The notes under the pieces are model-generated. The model did not search any database, was not told where the DNA came from, and was given only the letters and a program-made list of their open reading frames with translations. From positions 4,320,001-4,384,000 of the forward strand of contig OZ252098.1 of assembly GCA_965248355.1 (NCBI GenBank): a stretch of DNA of 64,000 nt, given 5' to 3'. The DNA is from Candidatus Latescibacterota bacterium. GTDB taxonomy: Bacteria > Latescibacterota > UBA2968 > UBA8231. Below are positions 29,701 to 38,468 of this stretch, piece by piece; position 1 is the stretch's first letter; every line of letters starts with the position of its first letter. The position numbers and the translations under genes were made by a program.

Positions 29701-30075
29701 GCGGTCCACGTCGGAGGGGAGAAGTCCCCGCACCTGGTCGACGCGGTCGCGCACCTCCATCACCGCCAGGTCCATGTCGGTGCCGGCCTTGAACTCCACC
29801 CTGACGCTCGACGAGTTGCCCCCGGAGTTGGAGCTGATGCGCTCGACGTTGCCGAGCATGGCCAGGGACTGCTCGAGAGGGATGGTGATCTCCCGCTCGA
29901 TCTCCTCCGGCGAGGCCGACGAGTACGCGACCCGGACGTTCACGGAGGAGGAGGTCATGGTCGGGTAGGCCTCCATCGGGATCCGGGTGAAGCAGATCAC
30001 GCCGAGGACGACCGTGGAGAGGGTGATCATGGCCAGGGTCACGGGCCGTTCGACGGCGAAGCGGGCGAGTTTCAT
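26788..30075 (-). CDS. AcrB/AcrD/AcrF family RND transporter, subunit 2
   Basis: FAVERPV, SPEEIEREIT, GMLVDPAVV, FESLVHPF, GIVVNNGIVL and RMRPILMT motifs. Confidence 0.95.
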   Translation of the reverse strand: MKLARFAVERPVTLAMITLSTVVLGVICFTRIPMEAYPTMTSSSVNVRVAYSSASPEEIEREITIPLEQSLAMLGNVERISSNSGGNSSSVRVEFKAGTDMDLAVMEVRDRVDQVRGLLPSDVDRVSLFRWNNEAYPVIEADLAWKGDDDRLFDIVRDVVEPRVLRIDGVANVEVDGLQEKQLIIELDQQRLQAHDVSLPFLAGQLRAGNLDVSLGRVDQAGRRYLARVRGEFREAAEIGDLPLAGRNLRLSDLGEVRYEYPERRSFERLNGREAVEVEIYKVATDNTVDVALEVRAALESIVDGYGDLLDINITRDRADQILAELTKLKDTALLGSLLAVVIIFLFLRSIRSTIAIAIAIPASVCCVFTGIYVARELFDSAITLNMVSMVGLMLAVGMLVDPAVVTLESIFRRREEEGAGPVEAAVSGTGEVGMAVLASALTTMCVFIPFFFLGSGSSRIVRFMGDAGLTICLAVGVSTIVSLAVIPLAASRLFRPGAARHDRRLKIAVAAILLAGLGWKAGTIGWEGLAGWGRTTGARVLQTTLDMEWTTAAVLGAVLLALAALLRHFRRHGMRASYVRLLDWTLDHRAVTLAVALAMMGGGVWMFLSMEQQGMRWPSERRVDITVETERSFSLEEVDALMGRIEQDLLAHAGELDLETLSTRIRQRNSRLRARLVDADEGRLTTMEAQQAIRGRLPEVVGVTYKMGRTRSWAGNLLGVEVQLKGIDPAVLAVLAEDVQARLAQLPGVTSVDTDLQEGEEEIQVSVDREQALGYGLSPREVASTISTALGTRRTTSFKAPEREIGVVLQLEEADRANLEQLKNTAFEGRDGTPVQLAALADFTHAEAPRSLQREDRQQTLNVFANTASRQLASELNPQVQAMMAEMALPPGYSWQLGRAARWEAQDTESNLFTLLFAVLLIYLIMASLFESLVHPFTIMFAIPFSMIGVSAALWGLDVAFDPNAMLGLLILFGIVVNNGIVLIDHVNQYRREGMPRRAAILRGGQNRMRPILMTAGTTILNLMPLVLPMVYGTAEGFSRRWGPIGLVVVSGLATSTLLTLLLAPTLYSLLDDLSLWARRVARSSNLTPEPRNP

Positions 30076-33000
30076 GACGGCGATCTGTCCAGAAGGGTGT
30101 AGACCACGGGGACGACGACCAGTGTCAGCACCGTCGACAGCAGCAGCCCGCCGATGACGGTGATCGCCATGGGGGCCCGGATCTCGGCTCCTTCGCCGAT
30201 GCCCAGGGCCATGGGCAGCAGGGCCAGCACCGTGGTCGAGGTGGTCATCAGGATCGGCCGGAAGCGCAGCCGCCCGGCCTCCAGAACGGCCTCGAGCCGG
30301 GGCAACCCGTCCCGCCGCCGCAGGGTGTTCACGTAGTCCACCAGGACGATGGCGTTGTTCACCACGATCCCCGCCAGCATGATCAGCCCGATGAGAACGA
30401 CGACGCTCACCCTCTGGTCCACGGCCAGCAGGGCCAGAGCGCTGCCCACCAGGCCGAGGGGGATGGTGAACATGATCACCAGGGGGTGCACGAGGGACTC
30501 GAACTGCGACGCCATGACCAGGTAGACGAGGAAGACCGCCAGGAGGAGGGCGAACCGCATGCTGTCGAAGGACCTCACCATCTCCTCGTTCTGGCCGCCC
30601 ATGGCGATGGCGAAGCCCTCGGGCAGCGACATCCCGGCGGCCAGCGCCTCGATCTCCTCCACGGCGCTGCCCAGGTCAACGCCCGCCAGGTTCGCCGTGA
30701 TCACCACCACCCGCTCCTGGTCCAGGCGGCGGATCTCGGCCGGTCCCTCGACCACGGACACGTCGGCCACCGACTCCAGGGAGACGGGCACCGGGTAGCT
30801 CGGGGGGCTGATCACGAGCCGCTGCAGGTCCTCCACGGAGCGCCGCTCCTCCTCTACCGCCCGCACGCGCACGTCGATGTGGCGGTCGCGGCGGATGACC
30901 TCGGTGGAGACCTGCCCCTGCAGCTGGTTGCGCAGCAGGTCGCCGGCGGCCTGGATGGTGGTGCCCAACTCGGCGATGCGCTCCCGGTGAAAGACGACCT
31001 GGATCTCCGGCTGGCCGCCCTCGGCGCTCGACTTGACGTCCACCAGGCCGGGAATGGCGCGCATGCCGGCGGCCAGCTCGGCGGCGACGGAGGTCAGGGT
31101 CTCCAGGTTGCGGCCCGTCACCTCCACCTCGACCGGGGCGCGGAAGGAGAAGTACGAAGGCCGCGAGAACTTGTGGTCGAGGTCGGGGACGACGGCCAGC
31201 AGCCGGTGGACCTGGTCCATGGCCCGCTCCTCGGACCCCGCCGCCCCGGGCGCCAGGCGCACGAAGAGCTGCGCCAGGTTCTCCTTCTTCTCGTCGGCGA
31301 AGCCCCCGGTCTGGCCGCTGGCGCCGATCTGGCTGAAGACGGTGGCGACGCCGGGCAGCTCCCGCACCTGCCTGTCGAGGCCGGCCACCAACTCCGCCGT
31401 CCGCTCCAGGGGCGTGCCGGCGGGCCATTCGAGGTCGACGAGGAACTCCCCCTGGCTCATTTCCGGGATCAGCTCGACCCCGAGGGTGCGCGCCTGGAAG
31501 AGCACCCCGGCCGACAGGGCCGCGAAGGCCGCCAGCGTCAGGAGGCGGCGGCGCAGACACCAGCCCAGGGCCCGGGGGTAGAAGCCCGCGGCGGCGGTGT
31601 AGCCGCCGTCGAACAGCCAGTACAGGGGGGTGAGCAGGGTCGCCAGCCCCCGCCCGAGGCCCCGCAGCAGCACCCCCAGGCTCCGCAGCAGGGCGGCAGG
31701 CCCCCGGACGGCGGCCCCGTCGCTGCGGCCCTCCTCCTCGGCCGTCAGCGGACGCAGGCTCAGGGAGGCGAGCATGGGGATCAGCATCAGCGCCACCAGG
31801 AGCGAGGCCACCAGGGAGTAGGTCACGGTCAGAGCCTGGTCGCGGAACAGCTGTCCGGCCACGCCTTCGACGAAGACGATGGGCACGAAGACGCAGACCG
31901 TCGTCAGGGTGGCGGCGATCACCGCGGAGCCGACCTCGCCGGCGCCGAGGCGCGCCGCCTCGAGGGCCGAACGTCCCTGCTCGCGGTAGCGCTGCACGTT
32001 CTCGAGGACCACGATGGAGCTGTCCACGAGCATGCCCACGCCCAGGGCCAGCCCGCCGAGGGACATGATGTTGAGGCTCACGTCGGTGGCGTACATCAGG
32101 AAGAAGGTGGCCGCCACCGAGATGGGGATCGACAGGCTGATGATCGCCGTGCTCTTGAGATGGCGCAGGAACAGGAAGAGGATGACGATGGCCAGCAGGC
32201 CGCCGATGACGGCCGTCTTCAGGACCTCGTCCACCGACTGGGAGATGAACCGGGCCTGGTCGACGACGATCTCGACCTCGGCGTCACCGAGCAGGTCCCC
32301 GAAGCGGGACTGGAACTCCTCCAGGCGTTCGCGCACCGCCGCCGAGACGCTCACCGTGTTCGCGTCGCCCTCCTTGAAGACGGCGATCTCCACGCCCTCC
32401 CGGCCGTCGATGCGGGTCACCACGTCGCGCTCCTCGTGGCCGCGCACGACGCGCCCCACGTCGGACAGCTTCACCGGCGCCCCCTCGACCTGGGCGATGA
32501 CGATCTGCTCGATGTCGGCGGGTCCCGTGAGCTCGTTCAGGGTGCGCACCAGGAACTCCGCCTCGCCGTCCTTCAGCAGGCCCCCCGTGAGGTTCACGTT
32601 CTCCGCGGCCAGGCGCTGGGTCACCGCGCTGATGGGGATACCGAGGCTCGCCAGGCGCCGGGTCTCGATCTCGACCTGGAGCTCCTCCTCCAGGCCGCCC
32701 TCGACGCGCACCGCCGCCACGCCCTCGAGGCTCTCCAGGTCCAGCCGCACGCGGTCCTCGGCGACCCGGCGCAGCTCCATGAGGCTGCCGCCGCCGTAGA
32801 GGGCGATGCGCATGATCGGGTCGAGGGAGGGATCGAAGCGCAGCAGAATCGGGCTGCCGGCCTCCAGGGGCAGGTTGACGAGGTCGAGCTTCTCGCGCAG
32901 GTCGAGGGAGGCGAAGTCCATGTCGGTGCCCCACTCGAATTCGACGATGACGTCGGACAGCCCCGGCCGGGAGACCGAACTGACGCGCACGACGCGGCTG

Positions 33001-33221
33001 ACCACGCCCACCAGCCCTTCGATCGGCTCCGAGATCAGCCGTTCGATTTCGGCCGGGGCCGTGCCCGGGTACTCGGTGCGGATGGTGATCGTCGGATAGG
33101 TGATGTCGGGCAGAAGGTTCACCGACAGCCGCGAGAACCCCACCAGGCCGAAGGCGGCCACGGCGACCATGATCATGGCCACCGTCACGCGCCGGGAGGT
33201 CGAGAATTCGACGAGCCTCAC
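30072..33221 (-). CDS. AcrB/AcrD/AcrF family RND transporter, subunit 1
   Basis: LPDITYP, GMLVDSSIVVLEN, QFESLVHP, GIVVNNAIVLVD and RFRPILMT motifs. Confidence 0.95.
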   Translation of the reverse strand: MRLVEFSTSRRVTVAMIMVAVAAFGLVGFSRLSVNLLPDITYPTITIRTEYPGTAPAEIERLISEPIEGLVGVVSRVVRVSSVSRPGLSDVIVEFEWGTDMDFASLDLREKLDLVNLPLEAGSPILLRFDPSLDPIMRIALYGGGSLMELRRVAEDRVRLDLESLEGVAAVRVEGGLEEELQVEIETRRLASLGIPISAVTQRLAAENVNLTGGLLKDGEAEFLVRTLNELTGPADIEQIVIAQVEGAPVKLSDVGRVVRGHEERDVVTRIDGREGVEIAVFKEGDANTVSVSAAVRERLEEFQSRFGDLLGDAEVEIVVDQARFISQSVDEVLKTAVIGGLLAIVILFLFLRHLKSTAIISLSIPISVAATFFLMYATDVSLNIMSLGGLALGVGMLVDSSIVVLENVQRYREQGRSALEAARLGAGEVGSAVIAATLTTVCVFVPIVFVEGVAGQLFRDQALTVTYSLVASLLVALMLIPMLASLSLRPLTAEEEGRSDGAAVRGPAALLRSLGVLLRGLGRGLATLLTPLYWLFDGGYTAAAGFYPRALGWCLRRRLLTLAAFAALSAGVLFQARTLGVELIPEMSQGEFLVDLEWPAGTPLERTAELVAGLDRQVRELPGVATVFSQIGASGQTGGFADEKKENLAQLFVRLAPGAAGSEERAMDQVHRLLAVVPDLDHKFSRPSYFSFRAPVEVEVTGRNLETLTSVAAELAAGMRAIPGLVDVKSSAEGGQPEIQVVFHRERIAELGTTIQAAGDLLRNQLQGQVSTEVIRRDRHIDVRVRAVEEERRSVEDLQRLVISPPSYPVPVSLESVADVSVVEGPAEIRRLDQERVVVITANLAGVDLGSAVEEIEALAAGMSLPEGFAIAMGGQNEEMVRSFDSMRFALLLAVFLVYLVMASQFESLVHPLVIMFTIPLGLVGSALALLAVDQRVSVVVLIGLIMLAGIVVNNAIVLVDYVNTLRRRDGLPRLEAVLEAGRLRFRPILMTTSTTVLALLPMALGIGEGAEIRAPMAITVIGGLLLSTVLTLVVVPVVYTLLDRSPS

Positions 33222-34525
33222 CGGCTGCCCCCGCGGGCCCCGCTGCCCTCTCCACGGTCGGCCTGGCGGCTCTCGTCTCCGACGCCCCGGCCCTCGGCGA
33301 GACTCGACTTCACCTGCGTGTAGCGCTGCACCGCCGCCGCCTCGGTCATCCCTCGGCTCATGGCGCGGGTCACGAAGGTGGCCGAATCGGGCGGCGCTCT
33401 GCCGGCCTGGGGCCCCGCCGCCGCCTCCGGGACCGGAGGACCGCCCGTCTCGGCCGCCTCGCTCACTTCACCGACCTCGCCCACGACGCGCACGAGGGCG
33501 CCGTCCTTGAGGCCCTCGTGGCCCACGGTGATCACCTGGTCGGCGCCGGTCAGGCCCGACAGGACCTCGATGCGGTCGCCGTCGGCGTATCCGAGCTCCA
33601 CGCGCAGCCGATTGGCCCGGCCGTCGCGCACGACGAACACGTCATCCTGATCCGTCTCCAGGACCAGCGCCTTCTTGGGAATGATCAGGGCCTGGTCGTG
33701 CACCTCGGTGATGATGCGCACGGTGGTGAACATCCCGGGGCGCAGGGCGCTGGCGGGGGGTATGTCGAGGGTCACCTTGATCGTGCCGCTCGCCGGGTCG
33801 ACACCGGGGCTGATGCGGCGCACGATGGCGGGGAAGACCCGCCCCGGAAGGGCGTCGATCATCACCCGCGCGTGCTGGCCCGTGTGGATCTGGCCCATGC
33901 GCTTCTCGGGCACGCGGATCCGGGCCTGCAGGGGATCGACGTCGGCCATGGAGAACAGGACCTCGCTGGCGCGCACCAGGTCCCCCTGCTCCACCTGCCT
34001 CAGCATCACGATGCCGTCGATGGGGGCGCGGACATCGGTGTATTCCAGCGTCAGCTGCGCCTCCCGCAGGGCCACCTCCGCGCTCTCGAGCTGGTTGCCG
34101 GCGCTCTCGAACTCCTCCTGGCTCACCAGCTGCTGTCCGTGAAGGGCCCCGGTGCGCTCCAGGGCCGACCGGGCCTGGGCCAGGGCCACCTCCGCCTGCC
34201 TCACCCGGAGGCTGGCCTCCTCCTTCTCCAGGTGCAGGAGGATCTGCCCCTCCTTGACGCGGTCGCCTTCCTCGGCGCGCAGGTCCTCGGCGAGCCCCTG
34301 GGCCCGCGACACCACCTCCACCCAGCGCTCGGCCTCCAGGCGGGCATGGGTCTCCACGTAGCTGGTGATCTCGCCTCGCTCGACGGCCTCGGTGCGCACG
34401 GGCAGGGCCGCCTCCCCGCCCGGGGGGCCCCCTCCCCGGCCCGGCCAGGCCCCGGCCTCTTCCTCGCTGTCGCCGCAGCCGCCGAGCAAAGCCGCGGCGG
34501 CGATTCCGGTGATCCATCTTCTCAC
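33218..34525 (-). CDS. RND periplasmic adaptor (membrane fusion lipoprotein)
   Basis: Lipobox LLGGC, EEGDRVKEGQ, VRAPIDG, LRPGMF and GDRIEVLSGL. GTG start overlaps the tetR stop. Confidence 0.92.
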   Translation of the reverse strand: MRRWITGIAAAALLGGCGDSEEEAGAWPGRGGGPPGGEAALPVRTEAVERGEITSYVETHARLEAERWVEVVSRAQGLAEDLRAEEGDRVKEGQILLHLEKEEASLRVRQAEVALAQARSALERTGALHGQQLVSQEEFESAGNQLESAEVALREAQLTLEYTDVRAPIDGIVMLRQVEQGDLVRASEVLFSMADVDPLQARIRVPEKRMGQIHTGQHARVMIDALPGRVFPAIVRRISPGVDPASGTIKVTLDIPPASALRPGMFTTVRIITEVHDQALIIPKKALVLETDQDDVFVVRDGRANRLRVELGYADGDRIEVLSGLTGADQVITVGHEGLKDGALVRVVGEVGEVSEAAETGGPPVPEAAAGPQAGRAPPDSATFVTRAMSRGMTEAAAVQRYTQVKSSLAEGRGVGDESRQADRGEGSGARGGSR

Positions 34526-35175
34526 GGGCCATCTCCTCGAGACGGGTCTGTGTGCACATCGGGCCGGCGCACGCCGTGGAGGAACACGCGCACGACCTCG
34601 GAAACGAACTGGTCGGGCCCCAGGCCCCGCTCGTTGGACCGAATGCAGGACCGGATCATTCCAAGCAGGATCTGGGCGTCGGTATGCAGGTGGGGCACGG
34701 CGAAGGCGTCCCGCTCCTCGCCGTAGCGCAGGATCTGGGCGACGGCGTCGACCAGATCCGACCGCTGACCCTTCCAATGTTGCCGGTGCACGCGCCGGCG
34801 GGCGCTCTCGCCCTCGTCCCGCCCCATGAGCCGGAAGAGGTAGCGGTTGCGGCTCATGTACAGCACCACGGCGCGCACTGCGTGCTCCAGGCGGTCCACC
34901 GGATCGGGGCTCGTCACCTCGCAGCGGAGCTGGCGCTGCAACTCCTCGAAGCCCTCGGTGAGGACGGTGAGATAGAGGGATTCCTTGTCCGCGAAGTAGC
35001 GGTAGATCGTCCCCTTGGCCACGCCCGCCCTGTCGGCCACGTCGTCCATCAGGACCTCGTCGAAGCGGCCCTCCGCGAAGAGCCGCTCGGCGGCCTCCAG
35101 GATCGCTTTGCGCCGTCTCTGCTGGACCGGGCTCAGGCTGGAGGTGGGATCCGGATTCCGCAAAGGGCTGTCCAA
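34522..35175 (-). CDS. TetR/AcrR family transcriptional regulator
   Basis: ILEAAERLF...MDDVADRAGVAKGTIYRYFADKESL; start uncertain. Confidence 0.93.
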   Translation of the reverse strand: MDSPLRNPDPTSSLSPVQQRRRKAILEAAERLFAEGRFDEVLMDDVADRAGVAKGTIYRYFADKESLYLTVLTEGFEELQRQLRCEVTSPDPVDRLEHAVRAVVLYMSRNRYLFRLMGRDEGESARRRVHRQHWKGQRSDLVDAVAQILRYGEERDAFAVPHLHTDAQILLGMIRSCIRSNERGLGPDQFVSEVVRVFLHGVRRPDVHTDPSRGDGP

Positions 35176-35188
35176 TACGGGATAGATG

Positions 35189-35202
35189 ACTGACCGGTCA
35201 GT
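35189..35202. promoter_or_regulatory. Putative TetR operator (perfect 14-bp palindrome)
   Basis: ACTGACCGGTCAGT, 13 nt upstream of tetR and downstream of a minus-strand TTGACA (35245-35240). Confidence 0.75.
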
Positions 35203-35275
35203 TCAATTCCCGGAAGAATGTGCGGGGGAGATCCTCTGTTGTCAACGGCGGAAGCGCCGCGACCGCGGGTCGGTC

Positions 35276-36046
35276 TCAGGCGACGCGGAAGCTGGAGGGC
35301 GTGTAGCTCAGGGTCTGGCCCACCTCGAGGGCGGCCACCCTGGTACCCGCGGCGAGAAACTCGACTCCCTTGCGCAGCTCCTCGATATCGGCGGGCTGCC
35401 CCATCATCTCGCCGTAGTGACAGGGGATCACGACATCGGGACGGATCAGGCTGGCGGCGCGGGCGGCCTCGCGGACCCCCATGGTGAACTTCCCGCCCAC
35501 GGGCAGGATCGCCACCTGGGGTCCGTACATCTGTCCGATGAGCTGCATGTCGGAGAACAGGCAGGTGTCGGCCGAGTCGTAGATGGTGACGCCGTCGTCG
35601 AAGGAGAGGACGAAGCCGGCCACGGCCCCGTCGGGCCGGAAGTACTCGTCCCCGGAGGGCGCCCCCTTGGCCAGGTTCGGAGACATGGACAGGGAGTGAT
35701 GGGCCTGGGTCATGGTGAGGGTCACGTCCCCGATCTTCGTCGAGCCCCCCGGGTTCAGGGGGACGGCCGTGTCGCCGAGCTCCAGGCCGTGGGCCTCGGC
35801 TACCAGGCACATCTCGTAGCAGCCGACGAACCTGGCCTGGGTGCGGCGGCAGATCTCGAAGGAGTCGCCCACGTGATCCTGGTGTCCGTGGGAGGCGATG
35901 ACGATGTCCGCCTTGCGGACCTGGGAGAGCCGCAGGCGGGCGGTGGGGTTCTCGTCGAGCCAGGCGTCGAAATAGATCACCGTCCCCTCTCCGGACTCGA
36001 AACGGAAGGAGGCGTGACCGAGGAAGGTGATGGCCGTCTTGGCCAT
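35276..36046 (-). CDS. Metal-dependent hydrolase, metallo-beta-lactamase fold (UPF0173-like)
   Basis: FLGHASF, SHGHQDH, AHHS, ADT, LPVGGKFTMG and IPCHY motifs. Confidence 0.9.
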   Translation of the reverse strand: MAKTAITFLGHASFRFESGEGTVIYFDAWLDENPTARLRLSQVRKADIVIASHGHQDHVGDSFEICRRTQARFVGCYEMCLVAEAHGLELGDTAVPLNPGGSTKIGDVTLTMTQAHHSLSMSPNLAKGAPSGDEYFRPDGAVAGFVLSFDDGVTIYDSADTCLFSDMQLIGQMYGPQVAILPVGGKFTMGVREAARAASLIRPDVVIPCHYGEMMGQPADIEELRKGVEFLAAGTRVAALEVGQTLSYTPSSFRVA

Positions 36047-36061
36047 GGCGAGTTCTCCGGG

Positions 36062-38455
36062 TTAGCTGGTGAGTTCGGTGTCCTCGCGGCTGCGCACGGG
36101 CGAGGCGCTGAGCCGGTCCGTGCGGATCACCTCGCCCGTCCCGCGGTCGACCTGCCCGAATTCCAGGACCCCGGTGGGGCAGGACTCGACGCAGGCCGAA
36201 CAGCGGACGCACTCGGGATCGGCCATGGGCAGTCCCTTGTTGGCGAAGTTCATCACGTCGATCCCCTGGTGGCAGACGGAGGTGCACACGTTGCAGGAGA
36301 TGCACTTCTTCTTGTCGGCGAGGATCCGGAAGCGGCTGAAGCGCGCGTAGATGTGCATCAGCGCCGCCAGCGGGCAGGCGAAGCGGCACCAGACGCGGCC
36401 GCTGAACCAGAAGTAGGCGCCGTAGCCGACGATGCCCGCCAGCAGCAGGTCGACCGCCCACTTGTAGTTCAACTGTATGCCGAGGGGCTTCCAGCCGTAG
36501 AGCAGGCCGGCGTAGAAGGCGGCGAGGCCGCTGCCCAGACTGGTGTCGGGCCAGATCCAGCTGACGACGCGCGTTGCCAGCAGGAGGAAGCAGATCAGCA
36601 GGATCACCTGGCCCAGCATGTTCGTCCTGTTCCAGGCGGCCCCGTGGGGCATCTTGTGGCGGTGGGTGTCCCCCAGGGTCTCGGCCATGGCGCCGCAGGA
36701 GCAGATCCAGCCGCAGTACGCCCCCTTGCCCCAGAAGTAGATGATCAGCGGGATGATGACGAAGGTCTGCACGAGGCTGATGCCCAGCCACCACCAGAGG
36801 GGCTGCGAGGTGAAGACGTTCCAGATGAACAGGGGCCAGGCGAGAACGAGACCGAAGGCGCGCCAGTACTCGCGGCCGTGGCCGTAGTCGACGGCCGGGA
36901 ACAGGGCGTCGGCGAAGCTCTTCCCGGAGCCGCTGTCGAACCAGCCGTTGTACCCGAGCCAGGGCAGCAGGAGGTAGGGCAGCAGGAACAGGGGCACCAC
37001 CTGCACCGCGGCCAGGGTCCAGGTCTGCACCTTGACGTACGGGGTGCGCCGGCGGCGGATGCGTTTTACTCCGAACAGGACGACGAGGGCGGAGTAGAGC
37101 AGGCTGTAGTAGAAGCCGGGTTCGCCGAGATTGAGGTTGAGGGTTCCGAGGAGGGTCGCCGGGTCCGAGGCCATGGCGCCGAGGGCTCCGCCGGTCTGGC
37201 TCAGAAGGGAGGGAACGTTGAAAGGAAACCAGGTGCTTCCCTGGAACCAGCGGGTCAGGGAGCCGCCGGCCTTCCAGTTGTAGACGAAGGCGCACAGGGC
37301 CATGAAGAGGCCGAGGCCGGTCCACTCCCGCCGCCCCATCTCGCCCCGGATGCGCACCCCCGAGCGCCGGAAGAACTCCAGCGGCGCCTCCCGGCCGATC
37401 ATGGTGAAGACCGCGTTGTTGGGCAGCCGCACCTCTTCGCCCCCGGCATCGGAGAGCATCACCCCGCGCGGCTCGATGCCGAGCACCTTGGAGGACATCA
37501 TGCGGCTGATCGATCCGGGCCGGCGCTCGTCCTCGAGGAAGGGCCCGCTCGAGGTGGTCACGCGCTCCGAGGACGGGGTGTCGACGGAGACGTCCGCCAT
37601 GGGGTCGGCGGCCAGGGCCTCGAGGCGCTCCACGTTCTCCGGCTTCGGCCGCGAGAACTCGGGCCGGCGGTAGGACAGGGTCACCCGTCCGCCGGCGGTG
37701 GCCACGGCGATGGCCGTCTCCATGGCGCTGTCGCCGCCGCCGACGACGAGCACGTCCTGGCCGGCGTAGTCCTTGGGGTCGTGCAGGCGGTTGGAGACCT
37801 TGTCGAGGTCCTCGCCGGCCACGCCGAGCTGGCGGAAGTTCCCGGAGCGGCCGATGCCGACGACGACGCGGAGCGCCCGCAGGTCCTCGCCCTCCGGGAT
37901 GACCACGGTGAAGTGGCCGCCGGACCGCTCCACGCGCTCCACCCGCGTCATGCGGGGCTGGATGCCGCGCTCGAGGGTCTGCTCCCGGAGCTCGGCCACC
38001 AGCGGCTCCTTGACCTCGGCCGTGAGCTGCAGGTCTCCGGCTGGCGTCATCTCCCGGGGGTAGGTGTAGATCGGCTTGCCCTTGGGAAAGTTGACGACCG
38101 TGGAGAAGGGCTCCGTGGCCTCGAGGACCTCGAACTCCAGGCCGGCCTCGCGCGCGGCCAGGGCCGCCGCCATGCCGGAGACGCCGGCGCCGACGATGAC
38201 CACGTCCAGCACCCCCTCGGGACCTCCGGCCGAACGCTGCCGCTGGAAGTCCTCGTCAGCGAGGATGTCGGCGATGGCCAGGGCGCCGCTGTTGGAGGAG
38301 AACTTCAGCAGCGGGATGCCGGTCAGGTCCCCCACGATGTAGAGGCCGGGGACATTGCTGCGGTAGCGGCCGTCCACCTCCGGCAGCTTCTCCACCGTGC
38401 CGGCGGGCCACCGCCCGTGCAGCCAGCGCCCGTACCGATGAATCATGGATGCCAT
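36062..38455 (-). CDS. FAD/NAD(P)-binding oxidoreductase fused to a polytopic membrane 4Fe-4S domain
   Basis: IVGAGVSG, VGGGDSA, several TM helices, YCGWICSCG, WCRFACP, CISCNVCTSVC and CVRCSACVESCP. Confidence 0.88.
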   Translation of the reverse strand: MASMIHRYGRWLHGRWPAGTVEKLPEVDGRYRSNVPGLYIVGDLTGIPLLKFSSNSGALAIADILADEDFQRQRSAGGPEGVLDVVIVGAGVSGMAAALAAREAGLEFEVLEATEPFSTVVNFPKGKPIYTYPREMTPAGDLQLTAEVKEPLVAELREQTLERGIQPRMTRVERVERSGGHFTVVIPEGEDLRALRVVVGIGRSGNFRQLGVAGEDLDKVSNRLHDPKDYAGQDVLVVGGGDSAMETAIAVATAGGRVTLSYRRPEFSRPKPENVERLEALAADPMADVSVDTPSSERVTTSSGPFLEDERRPGSISRMMSSKVLGIEPRGVMLSDAGGEEVRLPNNAVFTMIGREAPLEFFRRSGVRIRGEMGRREWTGLGLFMALCAFVYNWKAGGSLTRWFQGSTWFPFNVPSLLSQTGGALGAMASDPATLLGTLNLNLGEPGFYYSLLYSALVVLFGVKRIRRRRTPYVKVQTWTLAAVQVVPLFLLPYLLLPWLGYNGWFDSGSGKSFADALFPAVDYGHGREYWRAFGLVLAWPLFIWNVFTSQPLWWWLGISLVQTFVIIPLIIYFWGKGAYCGWICSCGAMAETLGDTHRHKMPHGAAWNRTNMLGQVILLICFLLLATRVVSWIWPDTSLGSGLAAFYAGLLYGWKPLGIQLNYKWAVDLLLAGIVGYGAYFWFSGRVWCRFACPLAALMHIYARFSRFRILADKKKCISCNVCTSVCHQGIDVMNFANKGLPMADPECVRCSACVESCPTGVLEFGQVDRGTGEVIRTDRLSASPVRSREDTELTS

Positions 38456-38468
38456 GCGGGGTTCCCCC

